A stretch of 64,000 nt of DNA, taken from Burkholderiaceae bacterium (GTDB lineage Bacteria > Pseudomonadota > Gammaproteobacteria > Burkholderiales > Burkholderiaceae_E). Each line of letters begins with the position of its first letter. Positions within the stretch are counted from its first letter, which is position 1. Below, in pieces: positions 40,946-51,158 of this stretch. The notes beneath the pieces are model-generated. The model was not told the origin of the DNA. It saw only the letters and a list, made by a program, of their open reading frames with translations, and did no database searches. Made by a program: the position numbers and the translations under genes. The DNA is taken from contig OMIE01000057.1 of NCBI GenBank assembly GCA_900299025.1, positions 2,287-66,286 of the forward strand. The letters run 5' to 3'.

Positions 40946-42235
40946 ATGCAAGGTCTTCATCTCACCGCTGATTTATCAAACTGCAGTGCTGCAATCCATC
41001 TTCTATGCGACCCAGAGGTTTTGCGCGGGCACTGCCTTGAGCTTGTCAAGGCCGTTGGACTGCATGCCGTAGCTGATCGATTTCATCGATTTCCGGACTT
41101 TGAGGGACAGCCCGGTGGCGTCACAGGTATGGTCTTGCTCGCTGAATCACACTTGGCGCTCCACACCTGGCCGGAGCAGGCAGCCGTCACGCTGGATGTG
41201 TACGTTTGCAATTTCTCCACCGATAACAGCGCAAAAGCTAAGTCTTTGTTGCAAGCTTTGATTGATCTATTCGGCCCGCAAGGCCTCACTCAGCAACGGA
41301 TTCAGCGCGGCGATGAGCAAATTCAATGGGGTAACGAGCAACTGAATCAGCACAGCCGATACGCTTATCAACTCGGCAGGCGCCTGCACAGCGAGCAAAG
41401 CGCGTTCCAACACATTGAGGTTTTTGAGAGCCCCCAATTTGGGAACCTCTTTAGGCTCGATGGTGATTACATGCCCTCAGAGCGCGATGAATTTTTTTAT
41501 CACGAAGCCATGATTCATCCGGCTGCGATCAGCATCGGCGCACCCAAGCGAGCACTGATTCTCGGTGGCGGCGACGGAGGTTCTGCCGAAGAATTACTAA
41601 AGTATCCAAGCATCGAACGGGTGGTTATTGCCGAGCTTGATGAAGCGGTGCTCAGAATAGCCCGCCAATATTTTGGATCGATCCATCGTGGTGCACTCGA
41701 TGACCCGCGTGTCGATGTCCAAATTGGCGATGGCTTAGCTTATGTGCGGCAAAGTCAGGAGCTTTTCGATCTGGTCGTACTGGATCTGACGGACCCCGAC
41801 ACCCCTGCCCAAGCCCTCTATACCGAAACACTTTTTGCTGATCTTCGACAACGTCTCAGTCCGCAGGGGGCTATGGTGCTTCACACCGGCGCCCCGATTT
41901 TCAAGCCTGAGGCGGTTGCATCCCTCCACGCCGCCTTGCGTCGACAATTCAAGTGTGTAGCCCCTTTGGGGCTTTACATTCCGCTATACGGCAGCTACTG
42001 GTCGATGGCAGTTTGCAGCGAGCATATTGATCCGCGCCGCTGTTCGGTGCAGACGGTTAGCGATCGGCTTCAGACGAACCACATCAGCGAACTCTCTTAC
42101 TATAACCCCGAGATTCACGCCGCCCTGTTTGCGCTCCCGAATTATTTCAAACGCCTGCTGCAAAACAGCGATGAAACCCCGCACCATTCGACGCCATCAA
42201 ACCAGGCTGCTACTTCCCACGCTCGCGCCGCCTGA
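40946..42235 (+). CDS. Fusion protein: class 1 S-adenosylmethionine decarboxylase (SpeD/SpeH-like) N-domain + spermidine synthase (SpeE)
   Basis: Residues 1 to about 120 carry the pyruvoyl proenzyme site LLAE-SHLALHTWPE (Glu67-Ser68, Ser codon at 41147-41149). Residues about 135 to 400 carry spermidine synthase motifs (ILGGGDGGSAEELLKY, VIAELDE, VLDLTDP). Confidence 0.88.
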   Translation: MQGLHLTADLSNCSAAIHLLCDPEVLRGHCLELVKAVGLHAVADRFHRFPDFEGQPGGVTGMVLLAESHLALHTWPEQAAVTLDVYVCNFSTDNSAKAKSLLQALIDLFGPQGLTQQRIQRGDEQIQWGNEQLNQHSRYAYQLGRRLHSEQSAFQHIEVFESPQFGNLFRLDGDYMPSERDEFFYHEAMIHPAAISIGAPKRALILGGGDGGSAEELLKYPSIERVVIAELDEAVLRIARQYFGSIHRGALDDPRVDVQIGDGLAYVRQSQELFDLVVLDLTDPDTPAQALYTETLFADLRQRLSPQGAMVLHTGAPIFKPEAVASLHAALRRQFKCVAPLGLYIPLYGSYWSMAVCSEHIDPRRCSVQTVSDRLQTNHISELSYYNPEIHAALFALPNYFKRLLQNSDETPHHSTPSNQAATSHARAA

Positions 42236-43031
42236 AGGGGGAACGCTCGCCTCGGGCCATATTGCGCTGGACAGAGAGCATGCCCACCACCTCATCCGAG
42301 TCTTACGATTACACGTCGGTGATCAGCTCGAGTTGCTCGACGGGCAAGGCCATTGCTATTGGGCAACGATCGCTTCGCTAAGCAAAGACCACGCCACGCT
42401 TACGATTGCATCGCAATGTTATGTGCCGCTGAGCCCACTCCAAATCACGCTTGTCCAAGGGCTAAGTGCCGCCGATCATATGGATTTCAGTCTCCAAAAG
42501 GGCGTGGAACTCGGCTTGCATCGCTTTATCCCCGTGAATTGCGAACGAAGTGTCAGTCGCATCGACGCTGCACGGTCAGAAAGCAAATTGCGCCATTGGC
42601 AAAAGGTTGCCCAAGCGTCTTGTATGCAATCGGCAAACCCCTGGCTGCCCCATATCCACCAGGCTCAAGATCTCGGTTCAGCGCTTGATTGGATGAGCAG
42701 CAAGACCGACGCGTCGACGACGAAGTCTTCGACCTTTACCTATCGCTGGATGCTTGATCCTTATGCAAATCAGTCGCTTAACGAGATGTTGTCAAGTAAC
42801 TCCCAGCGAGGAACCACCGCTCAAATCCCAAATCGGCAAGTGAGTTTGCTGGTTGGCCCCGAAGCAGGTTTAAGTGATCAAGAGGTCAATGCTGCGAAGC
42901 GAGCCGGTTTTGAATCCATTCATCTTGGCCCACGCACCCTGCGCACCGAAACCGCGGCGATGGCAGCGATTGCGGTGCTACAGGCGGCGTGGGGCGACTG
43001 GTCACAGCCTGCATCGCCGCGCTGGATTTAA
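42171..43031 (+). CDS. rsmE: 16S rRNA (uracil1498-N3)-methyltransferase
   Basis: RsmE pattern (EHAHHLIRVLRLHVGDQLELLDGQG..., LLVGPEAGLSDQEV, LGPRTLRTETAA). The ATG at 42171 is the first plausible start and overlaps the preceding gene by 65 nt. Confidence 0.85.
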   Translation: MKPRTIRRHQTRLLLPTLAPPEGGTLASGHIALDREHAHHLIRVLRLHVGDQLELLDGQGHCYWATIASLSKDHATLTIASQCYVPLSPLQITLVQGLSAADHMDFSLQKGVELGLHRFIPVNCERSVSRIDAARSESKLRHWQKVAQASCMQSANPWLPHIHQAQDLGSALDWMSSKTDASTTKSSTFTYRWMLDPYANQSLNEMLSSNSQRGTTAQIPNRQVSLLVGPEAGLSDQEVNAAKRAGFESIHLGPRTLRTETAAMAAIAVLQAAWGDWSQPASPRWI

Positions 43032-43061
43032 GAGGCGTCACCCCCCTGCGCTTCACGGGTG

Positions 43062-45374
43062 TTAGCCCGCCGGACTCAAGAGCAGGGATGCCTCACGCTG
43101 GTTTTGCGCGTGGATGTCAGACACAGTCCATGCTGTCATGTTGACGATCCGCCGAACCGTTGCTGATGGGGTAAGAATATGCACTGGCGCGGCAGCGCCA
43201 AGTAAGACCGGGCCAATCGCGACGTTGTTTCCCGCCGCGACCTTTAACAGGTTATAGGCCACATTGGCCGCGTCCATTGTTGGCATCACCAGGAGGTTTG
43301 CCTCTCCCGTCAGGCAGGAATCAGGGAGAATCGTGGCCCGGTAAGCCGGGTCTAGTGCAGCATCAGCATGCATCTCGCCATCCACCTCAAAATCAACCCC
43401 ATGACCATGAAGGATGGCGAGCGCCTCTCTCATCTTGCTGGCGGTTGGCAGGTTTGAGGTGCCAAAATTCGAATGTGACAACAAAGCCGCCTTGGGCTGA
43501 ACACCTTTTTGGGCAAGTTGCTCGGCTGCCAGCGTGGTGAATTCGGCGATTTGCTCCGCACTCGGGTCATGGTTGACGTGCGTGTCGACGATGGTGAGTT
43601 GTCGCCCAGGTAGCAATACCGTGTTCATTGCACCATAGCTGCAAACCCCTTGCCGTTTGCCGATGACTTGATCGATGTAGCCCAGGTGCGAGGTGTACGA
43701 CCCAAAGGTGCCACAAATCATGCCATCGGCTTCCCCCAGGTGAACCATGAGCGCACCAATCAGGGTGAAGCGTCGTCTCAACTCGATCTGGGCATATTGC
43801 TCGGTAACCCCCTTGCGGTTGGTTAGGCGGTGGTAGGCCTGCCAATACACGCGATAACGATCATCCCGCTCAGGATTGACCACTTCAAAGTCAACCCCGG
43901 GCTTGATGCGCAATCCGAGTTTTTGAATTCTTGATTCAATAACGGCTGGCCGCCCAACCAGGATGGGCTGCGCGATACCCTCGTCGATCACCACTTGGGC
44001 TGCCCTCAATACTCGCTCATCCTCACCTTCTGCATACACCACGCGTTTAGTTGCGGCCCGGCGGGCAGCAGCAAAAATCGGCTTCATGAAGTTGCCGGAA
44101 CGGTAGACAAATTGCTCCAAATTGCTTCGATAAGCGTCGAAATCCTCAATTGGGCGCGATGCAACGCCAGATTCCATCGCCGCTTTAGCCACAGCTGGCG
44201 CCACTCGCGCAATCAATCGTGGGTCAAAGGGTTTGGGTATCAAGTATTCAGGGCCAAAACTCAGGCCTTGGGTGCCATAGGCTGCCGTGACCACTTCGGA
44301 TTGTTCCTCACGAGCCAAATCGGCGACCGCGCCAACGGCTGCAATTTCCATTTCCCGGGTGATCGTCGTTGCACCGACATCAAGCGCGCCACGAAAAATG
44401 AATGGAAAACACAAAACATTATTGACCTGGTTGGGGTAATCGGTGCGGCCGGTGGCAATCACTGCGTCTGGACGTGCCTCTTTGGCTAAGTCGGGTGTAA
44501 TTTCCGGCTCGGGATTTGCCAATGCAAACACCAAAGGATTGGGGGCCATGCGCTTGACCATCTCAGGCTTAAGAACACCACCAGCCGATAATCCCAAAAA
44601 CACATCAGCCCCATCGATGACTTCCATCAAGCTGCGCGCTTCAGTCTTTTTGGCAAACCGCGCTTTATCGGGATCCATGAGCTCTTTGCGGCCCTCATAG
44701 ACCACACCTGCAAGATCGGTGACCCAAATATTTTCGATGGGCAAACCCAGATCGACGAGCAAATCAAGACAGGCCAAAGCAGCAGCGCCAGCGCCGCTTG
44801 TCACGAGCTTGACCTCCTTCATGCTTTTTCCAACGACCTTGAGCCCATTACTCAATGCCGCTCCGACCACAATGGCAGTTCCATGTTGATCGTCGTGAAA
44901 CACTGGAATCTTCATCCGGCTTCGCAATTTGCGCTCGACCTCAAAACAGTCAGGAGCCTTGATGTCTTCCAGGTTGATACCGCCGAAGGTTGGCTCAAGT
45001 GCGGCGATGATTTCAATTAATTTTGCTGGATCCTTTTCGTTGATTTCGATATCAAAAACATCGATCCCAGCAAATTTTTTGAATAAAACTGCCTTGCCTT
45101 CCATGACAGGCTTACCAGCGAGGGGCCCAATGTCGCCAAGCCCCAGCACCGCTGTACCGTTGGTCACCACGCCAACCAAGTTGGCGCGTCCCGTATAGCG
45201 AAAGGCGTTCGCCGGATCCTTCACAATCTCTTCACAGGCAGCTGCAACCCCAGGACTGTAGGCCAGTGCTAGGTCACGTTGGTTGGTCAACTGCTTGGTT
45301 GGCTCAACCGATATTTTTCCTGGCCTGCCTTGTTCGTGGTATTCAAGCGCTGCCCGACGTAGTTGCGGATCCAT
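43062..45374 (-). CDS. maeB: NADP-dependent malic enzyme (malic enzyme + phosphotransacetylase-like domain)
   Basis: [14 protein letters not shown]...[15 protein letters not shown] matches the MaeB N-terminus, and the C-terminal PTA-like half is present. The ORF is trimmed to the ATG at 45374. Confidence 0.95.
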   Translation of the reverse strand: MDPQLRRAALEYHEQGRPGKISVEPTKQLTNQRDLALAYSPGVAAACEEIVKDPANAFRYTGRANLVGVVTNGTAVLGLGDIGPLAGKPVMEGKAVLFKKFAGIDVFDIEINEKDPAKLIEIIAALEPTFGGINLEDIKAPDCFEVERKLRSRMKIPVFHDDQHGTAIVVGAALSNGLKVVGKSMKEVKLVTSGAGAAALACLDLLVDLGLPIENIWVTDLAGVVYEGRKELMDPDKARFAKKTEARSLMEVIDGADVFLGLSAGGVLKPEMVKRMAPNPLVFALANPEPEITPDLAKEARPDAVIATGRTDYPNQVNNVLCFPFIFRGALDVGATTITREMEIAAVGAVADLAREEQSEVVTAAYGTQGLSFGPEYLIPKPFDPRLIARVAPAVAKAAMESGVASRPIEDFDAYRSNLEQFVYRSGNFMKPIFAAARRAATKRVVYAEGEDERVLRAAQVVIDEGIAQPILVGRPAVIESRIQKLGLRIKPGVDFEVVNPERDDRYRVYWQAYHRLTNRKGVTEQYAQIELRRRFTLIGALMVHLGEADGMICGTFGSYTSHLGYIDQVIGKRQGVCSYGAMNTVLLPGRQLTIVDTHVNHDPSAEQIAEFTTLAAEQLAQKGVQPKAALLSHSNFGTSNLPTASKMREALAILHGHGVDFEVDGEMHADAALDPAYRATILPDSCLTGEANLLVMPTMDAANVAYNLLKVAAGNNVAIGPVLLGAAAPVHILTPSATVRRIVNMTAWTVSDIHAQNQREASLLLSPAG

Positions 45375-45459
45375 CAATAACTCCCTTTGGTCATCTTTGC
45401 GGCCTCGCTGCCTGTTCATGCGATGCCTGTTGTTGTTCATTCATCCAAGCGACTGGGCG

Positions 45460-48400
45460 CTAAGCAAGCGCTGGCCTCAAACCAAGGTTAAAGGCCAAAA
45501 CCGAGGCCACATGAACTGCCTTTCGCTGCGAGCCATCGAGAATCTGGTGACGGCAACTGGTACCGTCTGCAACGATCCAGTCTTGCGACTTAGCCTCACG
45601 CACCGCTGGCAGAAGATTTGCCTCCGCCATCGCCATGGCGTGCTTCAATGTTTCGACATCGTAGCCGAAGGCACCAGCCATGCCACAGCAACTCGCTTGA
45701 ATCACTTGGGTTTGCAGCCCTGGAATACGACCAAGCAGACGAACGGCTGGCGATAAGGCGTCAAAGGCCTTCTGGTGGCAATGGCCATGCAGCCAGGCTC
45801 GCTGCCCCTCGAGAGCTTGAAAGTGCAAGGAAAGCCGTCCTGCCTGAAGTTCTTGCTCGAGATATTCCTCAAGCAGTAAAGCGCGTGTGGCCAGCAAGCT
45901 TGCAAGGCTGCGGTGATGCTCGCTAAGCCGCATCGACAATAACTCATCACGCATCGTGAGCAGGCAACTAGGCTCAACACCAACCACCCAAGCACCCGCT
46001 TCAATCCAAGGTCCCAAGCAATCGAGCATGTGCTCTAGTTGGATTTGCGCCGCCTCGATATCGCCGCAGGCAAAGGAGCTACGCCCACAGCAAAGCGGCT
46101 TGCGCCCGCCAGATAGCTGATGCTGCGCAATGACCCGACAGCCTGCGGCTTCAAGCACCATCATCGCATCGCGCAAAATTTCCGGTTCGAAATAATTATT
46201 GAAACTGTCAGACCAGAGGATGACCGTTGGCTGAGTGGGCGACATCTTTAGTGCCCTCAAGTCCTCGGCGACAGCCTCGCGCTTAAGCCCATGACTCCGA
46301 TGAAAGGGCTTGGCGGCCCAATGGGGAAGGCTACGCCCCTTCGCGGCAATACCTGTCAATGCCTGCAAGGCCTGGCGAAGCAGGCTTTGTTTCGAAGCCC
46401 AATTGCTTAAACCCGGCAGATAACTCACGTAAGCGGCCCAGCTTGGAAGGCCCGCGATCATTTGATCTTTGAGACTCGGTCTCAATGAGCGATGGCGTTG
46501 CGCGAGGACCTCGATTTTCATCTTGGCCATGTCAACGCCCGTGGGGCATTCGCGCCGGCAAGCCTTGCAACTCACGCAAAGCGATAAAGCATCCTTAACC
46601 GCCGGATCCTGCAAGCCCGTTGGCCCGAGCTGCCCACTTGCTGCGAGCCTTAAGGTGTTCGCACGGCCTCGCACGCTGTGCTGTTCATCGCGTGTAATCC
46701 GATAACTCGGACACATCACCGCCGCGTCAAACTTGCGGCAATGCCCGTTGTTGTTGCACATTTCAATCGCCTTGCCAAAGCCTTGGGCCGGGTCGCCCCC
46801 GCTTCCAGGGGGGCTGAGCGCTTCGGTTAGCGGATCGTTTTGCACATCCCAGGTCGACCAATCAAGCGCCGTCTGCATCGATTGCATGGCGTAACCTGGC
46901 CGATAACGAAAAAGCTCGCGTTGATCCATGTTTGTTGCCCGAACAATCTTCCCAGGATTCATCAATCCCTGGGGATCAAACGCATCCTTCAGCTGTTCGA
47001 AGGCGAGGTTAAGCCGATCGCCAAACTGCCAGCGTACCCATTCGCTTCGCACCAGACCGTCGCCATGCTCTCCTGAGAAAGCACCCTTAAAACGACGAAC
47101 CAGCGCGCTTGCCTCGTTTGCAATTTCCCGCATCGCAACCGCACCATCGCGTCGCATATCGAGAATTGGACGCACGTGCAGCGTGCCTACCGAGGCATGG
47201 GCATACCAGGTACCTCGCGTGCGGTGACGTGCAAAGACCTCGCTCAGTGCTGTGGTGTATTCGGCAAGATGTTCAAGGGGTACGGCACAGTCCTCGATGA
47301 AACTGACCGGTTTACCATCCCCACGCAAGCTCATCATGATGTTCAGGCCCGCTTTGCGTACTTCCCAGAGTGCTCTTTGCGAAGCCTCATCAGGCATTTT
47401 CACGACGCAACCGTCTTGTCCCAGATCACCCATGAGGCTCACCAAGTCGTCCAGGCGCTTGATCAGGCTTGCGTGCTCTTCACCGCTGAATTCAACCAAA
47501 AGGATGGCCTCTGGCGTCGCCCGATTTGGATCAACTAGCGCCGTTTCCATCACCTTACGGAAGGCGGGATTTTCGCGCGCCAAATCAATCATGGTTCGGT
47601 CGACAAGTTCGACCGCAGATGGCTTAAGCTTCACAATGTGCTGCGCCGAGTCCATAGCGGCGAAAAACTTGGTGAAGTTCACAACACCAAGCACTTTGTG
47701 TTTCGGCCAGGGTGAAAGCCTCAAGCGGAGCTTTCGAAACAAGCCCAGCGTACCTTCGGAGCCGACCAAGAGGTGGGCAAGATTCACCGACCCGTCGTCG
47801 GTGTACGGTCGTTCGGATTGAGGGTGAAACACATCCAGGTTATAGCCCCCAACCCGCCTCATGACCTTGGGGAAATGCTGAGCGATTTGTTCACGATGCG
47901 CCTGCCCAATCTCAAAAAGACGCGATACCAGCGACCCACCACGGGCAGTTTTCATACGCTCGCCACCGCGAACCCCAAAGGGGCCAAACCACTCAACCGT
48001 ACCATCTGCCAGCATGAACTCGATCGCTTCGGTGTTGTGGACCATATTGCCGTAGGCCAGCGAGCGCGAACCGCAGGAGTTGTTACCTGCCATACCCCCG
48101 ATCGTTGCCTGCGCTGCAGTGGAAACATCCACCGGAAACCAAAGACCTTTGGCCTTGAGCTGGGCATTGAGGTGATCGAGCACCACGCCGGGTTCGACAT
48201 CAACGGTTTTCGCGCCCGGATCAAAGCGCAATACGCGGTTCAAGTGTTTGCTGTAATCGATGACCAATGCAGCGCCAACGGTTTGCCCACACTGGCTCGT
48301 TCCCGCGCCCCGTGGCAACACGGGGACGGCAAGCTCTCGGCATAGCTCAAGCGCTGCCTCAACATCGGTCATGTCCTCGGGCACGAGCACCGCGACAGGA

Positions 48401-48564
48401 TCGATTTGATAAATCGACGCATCGGTCGCATAACGGCCCCGCGACGCAGCGTCGCTATAAACCGCACCCCGCACCCTACGCCTTAGTCGTTGCGCCAAGT
48501 GGTGGCGTTCAAGCAGGCCGCCCGATGACGCCACAAGGGGTCGGCTTAAGGGCACAGCAGCCAA
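45460..48564 (-). CDS. Fused FAD-linked oxidase + 4Fe-4S / cysteine-rich (GlpC/GlcF-like) oxidoreductase, YdiJ-like
   Basis: 1034 aa. It has an N-terminal FAD-binding PCMH-type domain (VLPRGAGTSQCGQTVG), central CxxCxxCxxxCP clusters (CVSCKACRRECP, CNNNGHCRKFDAAVMCP) and C-terminal CCG-type Cys-rich repeats. Confidence 0.9.
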   Translation of the reverse strand: MAAVPLSRPLVASSGGLLERHHLAQRLRRRVRGAVYSDAASRGRYATDASIYQIDPVAVLVPEDMTDVEAALELCRELAVPVLPRGAGTSQCGQTVGAALVIDYSKHLNRVLRFDPGAKTVDVEPGVVLDHLNAQLKAKGLWFPVDVSTAAQATIGGMAGNNSCGSRSLAYGNMVHNTEAIEFMLADGTVEWFGPFGVRGGERMKTARGGSLVSRLFEIGQAHREQIAQHFPKVMRRVGGYNLDVFHPQSERPYTDDGSVNLAHLLVGSEGTLGLFRKLRLRLSPWPKHKVLGVVNFTKFFAAMDSAQHIVKLKPSAVELVDRTMIDLARENPAFRKVMETALVDPNRATPEAILLVEFSGEEHASLIKRLDDLVSLMGDLGQDGCVVKMPDEASQRALWEVRKAGLNIMMSLRGDGKPVSFIEDCAVPLEHLAEYTTALSEVFARHRTRGTWYAHASVGTLHVRPILDMRRDGAVAMREIANEASALVRRFKGAFSGEHGDGLVRSEWVRWQFGDRLNLAFEQLKDAFDPQGLMNPGKIVRATNMDQRELFRYRPGYAMQSMQTALDWSTWDVQNDPLTEALSPPGSGGDPAQGFGKAIEMCNNNGHCRKFDAAVMCPSYRITRDEQHSVRGRANTLRLAASGQLGPTGLQDPAVKDALSLCVSCKACRRECPTGVDMAKMKIEVLAQRHRSLRPSLKDQMIAGLPSWAAYVSYLPGLSNWASKQSLLRQALQALTGIAAKGRSLPHWAAKPFHRSHGLKREAVAEDLRALKMSPTQPTVILWSDSFNNYFEPEILRDAMMVLEAAGCRVIAQHQLSGGRKPLCCGRSSFACGDIEAAQIQLEHMLDCLGPWIEAGAWVVGVEPSCLLTMRDELLSMRLSEHHRSLASLLATRALLLEEYLEQELQAGRLSLHFQALEGQRAWLHGHCHQKAFDALSPAVRLLGRIPGLQTQVIQASCCGMAGAFGYDVETLKHAMAMAEANLLPAVREAKSQDWIVADGTSCRHQILDGSQRKAVHVASVLAFNLGLRPALA

Positions 48565-48610
48565 TGGATTGCCTTAACTTGGTTCACAATCTCGAAATTG
48601 TAGCTTCGTC

Positions 48611-49813
48611 ATGGACATACATATGAAACTCGCCAAAGGCCTTGCGCTCAACGGTCATCCAAGCGGTCGTCACTTTCTGCAAATTCCTGGTCCGACCAAT
48701 GTTCCCGACAGAATTCTCAGGGCTATGGACTACCCCACGATTGACCATCGAGGACCCGAATTTCAGGCCCTCGGAAAATCGGTTCTAGAAGGCATTCGAA
48801 GCATTTTCCAAACGGAGCAGCCAGTCATCATTTACCCAGCCTCGGGTACCGGTGCTTGGGAGGCGGCACTTGTAAACACTTTGAGCCCGGGCGACAAAGT
48901 CTTGATGTGCGAAACCGGCCATTTCGCAAGCCTTTGGAAGCGGCTTGCCGAGCGTCTTCAACTCGATGTCATGTTCATTCCAGGCGACTGGCGCCACGGC
49001 GCCAATCCGCAAAGGCTTGCCGATGAACTTCGCAAGGATCAAGCGCACAGCATTAAAGCTGTTTGCGTAGTCCACAATGAAACATCAACCGGTGTGACCT
49101 CGCAGATTGCCGCGATTCGACACGCGATGGATGAGGCAAAACACCCGGCGCTCTTGATGGTCGACACGATTTCATCGCTTGCTTCGGTCGATTATCAGCA
49201 TGATGCATGGGGTGTAGATGTAACGGTTGCCGGTTCACAAAAAGGCTTGATGCTCCCGCCAGGACTGTCGTTTAACGCGATCAGCGCCAAGGCGCTTAAG
49301 GCCAGTGAATCAGCCAAATTGCCCCGTTCTTATTGGGACTGGCAGGATATGCTGGGACCCAATGCGCAAGGCTTTTTCCCCTACACTCCGGCAAGCAATT
49401 TGCTCTACGGCTTACATGAAGCCATCGCCATGCTGCAAGAAGAGGGTTTGCCCCAAGTATTTGCTCGGCATCAACGCCACGCCGCTGCAACCCGGGCTGC
49501 CGTTGGCGCTTGGGGGCTCGAAGTCCTTGCCAAAAACCCCAAGGAGTACAGCCCGGCGCTTACAGCGATCCTCATGCCGGATGGCCATAGCGCAGATGCT
49601 TTTCGCAAAATTGCGCTTGAGCGCTTTAACTTATCGCTCGGTCAGGGACTTGGGAAGGTCAGCGGCAAAGTCTTCCGCATCGGACACCTTGGTGATTTCA
49701 ACGACCTTATGCTCATGGGGACCTTATCCGGTGTCGAAATGGCTTTGGCGATTGCAAAAGTACCTCACCAACCAGGCGGGGTTCGTGCAGCCATGGATAT
49801 TTTGCAGCGCTGA
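48611..49813 (+). CDS. Class V aminotransferase (serine--glyoxylate / serine--pyruvate aminotransferase-like)
   Basis: 400 aa with RHFLQIPGPTNVPDRILRAM and a GSQKGLMLPPG Lys-PLP motif. An alternative start is the ATG at 48623. Confidence 0.9.
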   Translation: MDIHMKLAKGLALNGHPSGRHFLQIPGPTNVPDRILRAMDYPTIDHRGPEFQALGKSVLEGIRSIFQTEQPVIIYPASGTGAWEAALVNTLSPGDKVLMCETGHFASLWKRLAERLQLDVMFIPGDWRHGANPQRLADELRKDQAHSIKAVCVVHNETSTGVTSQIAAIRHAMDEAKHPALLMVDTISSLASVDYQHDAWGVDVTVAGSQKGLMLPPGLSFNAISAKALKASESAKLPRSYWDWQDMLGPNAQGFFPYTPASNLLYGLHEAIAMLQEEGLPQVFARHQRHAAATRAAVGAWGLEVLAKNPKEYSPALTAILMPDGHSADAFRKIALERFNLSLGQGLGKVSGKVFRIGHLGDFNDLMLMGTLSGVEMALAIAKVPHQPGGVRAAMDILQR

Positions 49814-49840
49814 ACCTTGCAACCCGAAATTTCCCGCGCC

Positions 49841-51037
49841 ATGACCAAGCCCCTGCCCGCGCTTTCCCTTCGTAATGATGCGATTGCTCCGTTCCAAACC
49901 ATGGAACTTGTCAAATCGGCGCAAGCGCTCGAAGCCTCGGGACGCTCGATCATTCATATGAGCATCGGGGAACCCGACTTCACGGCAACACCCTCGGTCA
50001 TTGAGGCTTTGAACCAGGCGCTCGCTCAAGGCAAATCACACTACACCCCAGCGCTTGGCATCGCGCCGCTTCGCGAGGCTATTGCGACCCATTATTTGCG
50101 CACCGAAGCACTAGAAGTCGATCCGGCTTGTGTGATTGTGACAGCCGGCGCATCAGCAGCACTCACCCTCGCCTGTCTTGCGCTTGTGAATCCAGGTGAT
50201 GAGGTCTTACTCACTGACCCAAGCTACCCCTGCAATCGCCATTTCGTTGCCGCTGCAAACGGCATCGCAAAAACCATTCCTGTTGGCCCTGAGACTCGTT
50301 ATCAGCTCAATGCTGAACTCATCCGAAAGCATTGGAGCCCTTCAACACGCGGCGTTCTGCTCGCCTCTCCCGCAAATCCAACGGGTACTTCGATGGCTTG
50401 GGTTGATGTGGTCGACAGCATGGCCGAAGTACGCAGCCGCGATGGCTTTGTGATCATGGATGAGATCTATCAGGGCCTTTGCTATGGCGATGCGCTATCT
50501 GGCATTGCTCCAAATCCGCGCTCAGCGCTACACGCCAGGAAGGATGTGGTGATTTGCAATAGCTTTTCGAAAACCTTTCATATGACGGGTTGGCGACTCG
50601 GTTGGCTCGTTGTACCGCCGGACTGGGTCGCAAGCTTTGAGAAGCTCCAGCAAAATCTCTTCATCTGCCCTTCAGCGCTTGCTCAATACGCAGCGCTTGG
50701 GTGCTTTACCGAGGAAAGTCTTGCAATTATTCAAGAGCGAAAACGCGAGTTCGAGCGGCGACGCGATTGCATCATCGCCGGGCTTAGACGCCTCGGTTTT
50801 GAGATCCCGCTCACACCTGACGGTGCTTTTTATGTCTGGGCAAACATAAAACGATTTGGCATGGGAAGTAGCTCGTTTACCCAGCGAATGCTGCAAGAGG
50901 CCGGCGTGTCGATCGTCCCAGGCGCTGACTTTGGCTTGAGTCAAGCGAATGATTGGGTGCGCTTTTCTTATGCATGCCCAGTGGATCACATAGAGGCAGC
51001 GCTGACGCGTATCGAACACTGGCTCGGCGCGCTTTGA
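49841..51037 (+). CDS. Class I/II PLP-dependent aminotransferase (aspartate aminotransferase-like)
   Basis: MSIGEPDF motif and the NSFSKTFHMTGWRLGW Lys-PLP motif. The ATG at 49841 is preferred over the TTG at 49817. Confidence 0.88.
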   Translation: MTKPLPALSLRNDAIAPFQTMELVKSAQALEASGRSIIHMSIGEPDFTATPSVIEALNQALAQGKSHYTPALGIAPLREAIATHYLRTEALEVDPACVIVTAGASAALTLACLALVNPGDEVLLTDPSYPCNRHFVAAANGIAKTIPVGPETRYQLNAELIRKHWSPSTRGVLLASPANPTGTSMAWVDVVDSMAEVRSRDGFVIMDEIYQGLCYGDALSGIAPNPRSALHARKDVVICNSFSKTFHMTGWRLGWLVVPPDWVASFEKLQQNLFICPSALAQYAALGCFTEESLAIIQERKREFERRRDCIIAGLRRLGFEIPLTPDGAFYVWANIKRFGMGSSSFTQRMLQEAGVSIVPGADFGLSQANDWVRFSYACPVDHIEAALTRIEHWLGAL

Positions 51038-51072
51038 GGGCGGACGACGGCTTAAGTACCGACGTGCCCCAA

Positions 51073-51158
51073 TTTGACGGTAGCCGCTACCTTAGGGGCC
51101 GTAGGGGCCGACTTCGCCCGCTTTGACAGCCGCCCATACCTTAGGGGCCGACTTGGCT
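51073..51158. repeat. Imperfect direct duplication of the 3-prime end of the lytic transglycosylase gene
   Basis: The segment TTTGAC-N10-ACCTTAGGGGCCG-ACTT occurs at 51073-51118 and again at 51122-51158. The first copy has an extra TAGGGGCCG unit. The second copy contains the gene's stop codon (51141-51143). Confidence 0.65.

Noticed and set aside
47252-48345. Two overlapping ORFs of about 190 aa antisense to the YdiJ-like gene
   Set aside because: They have no motifs, are embedded in a continuous 1034-aa ORF with clear FAD and Fe-S signatures, and show typical antisense composition.
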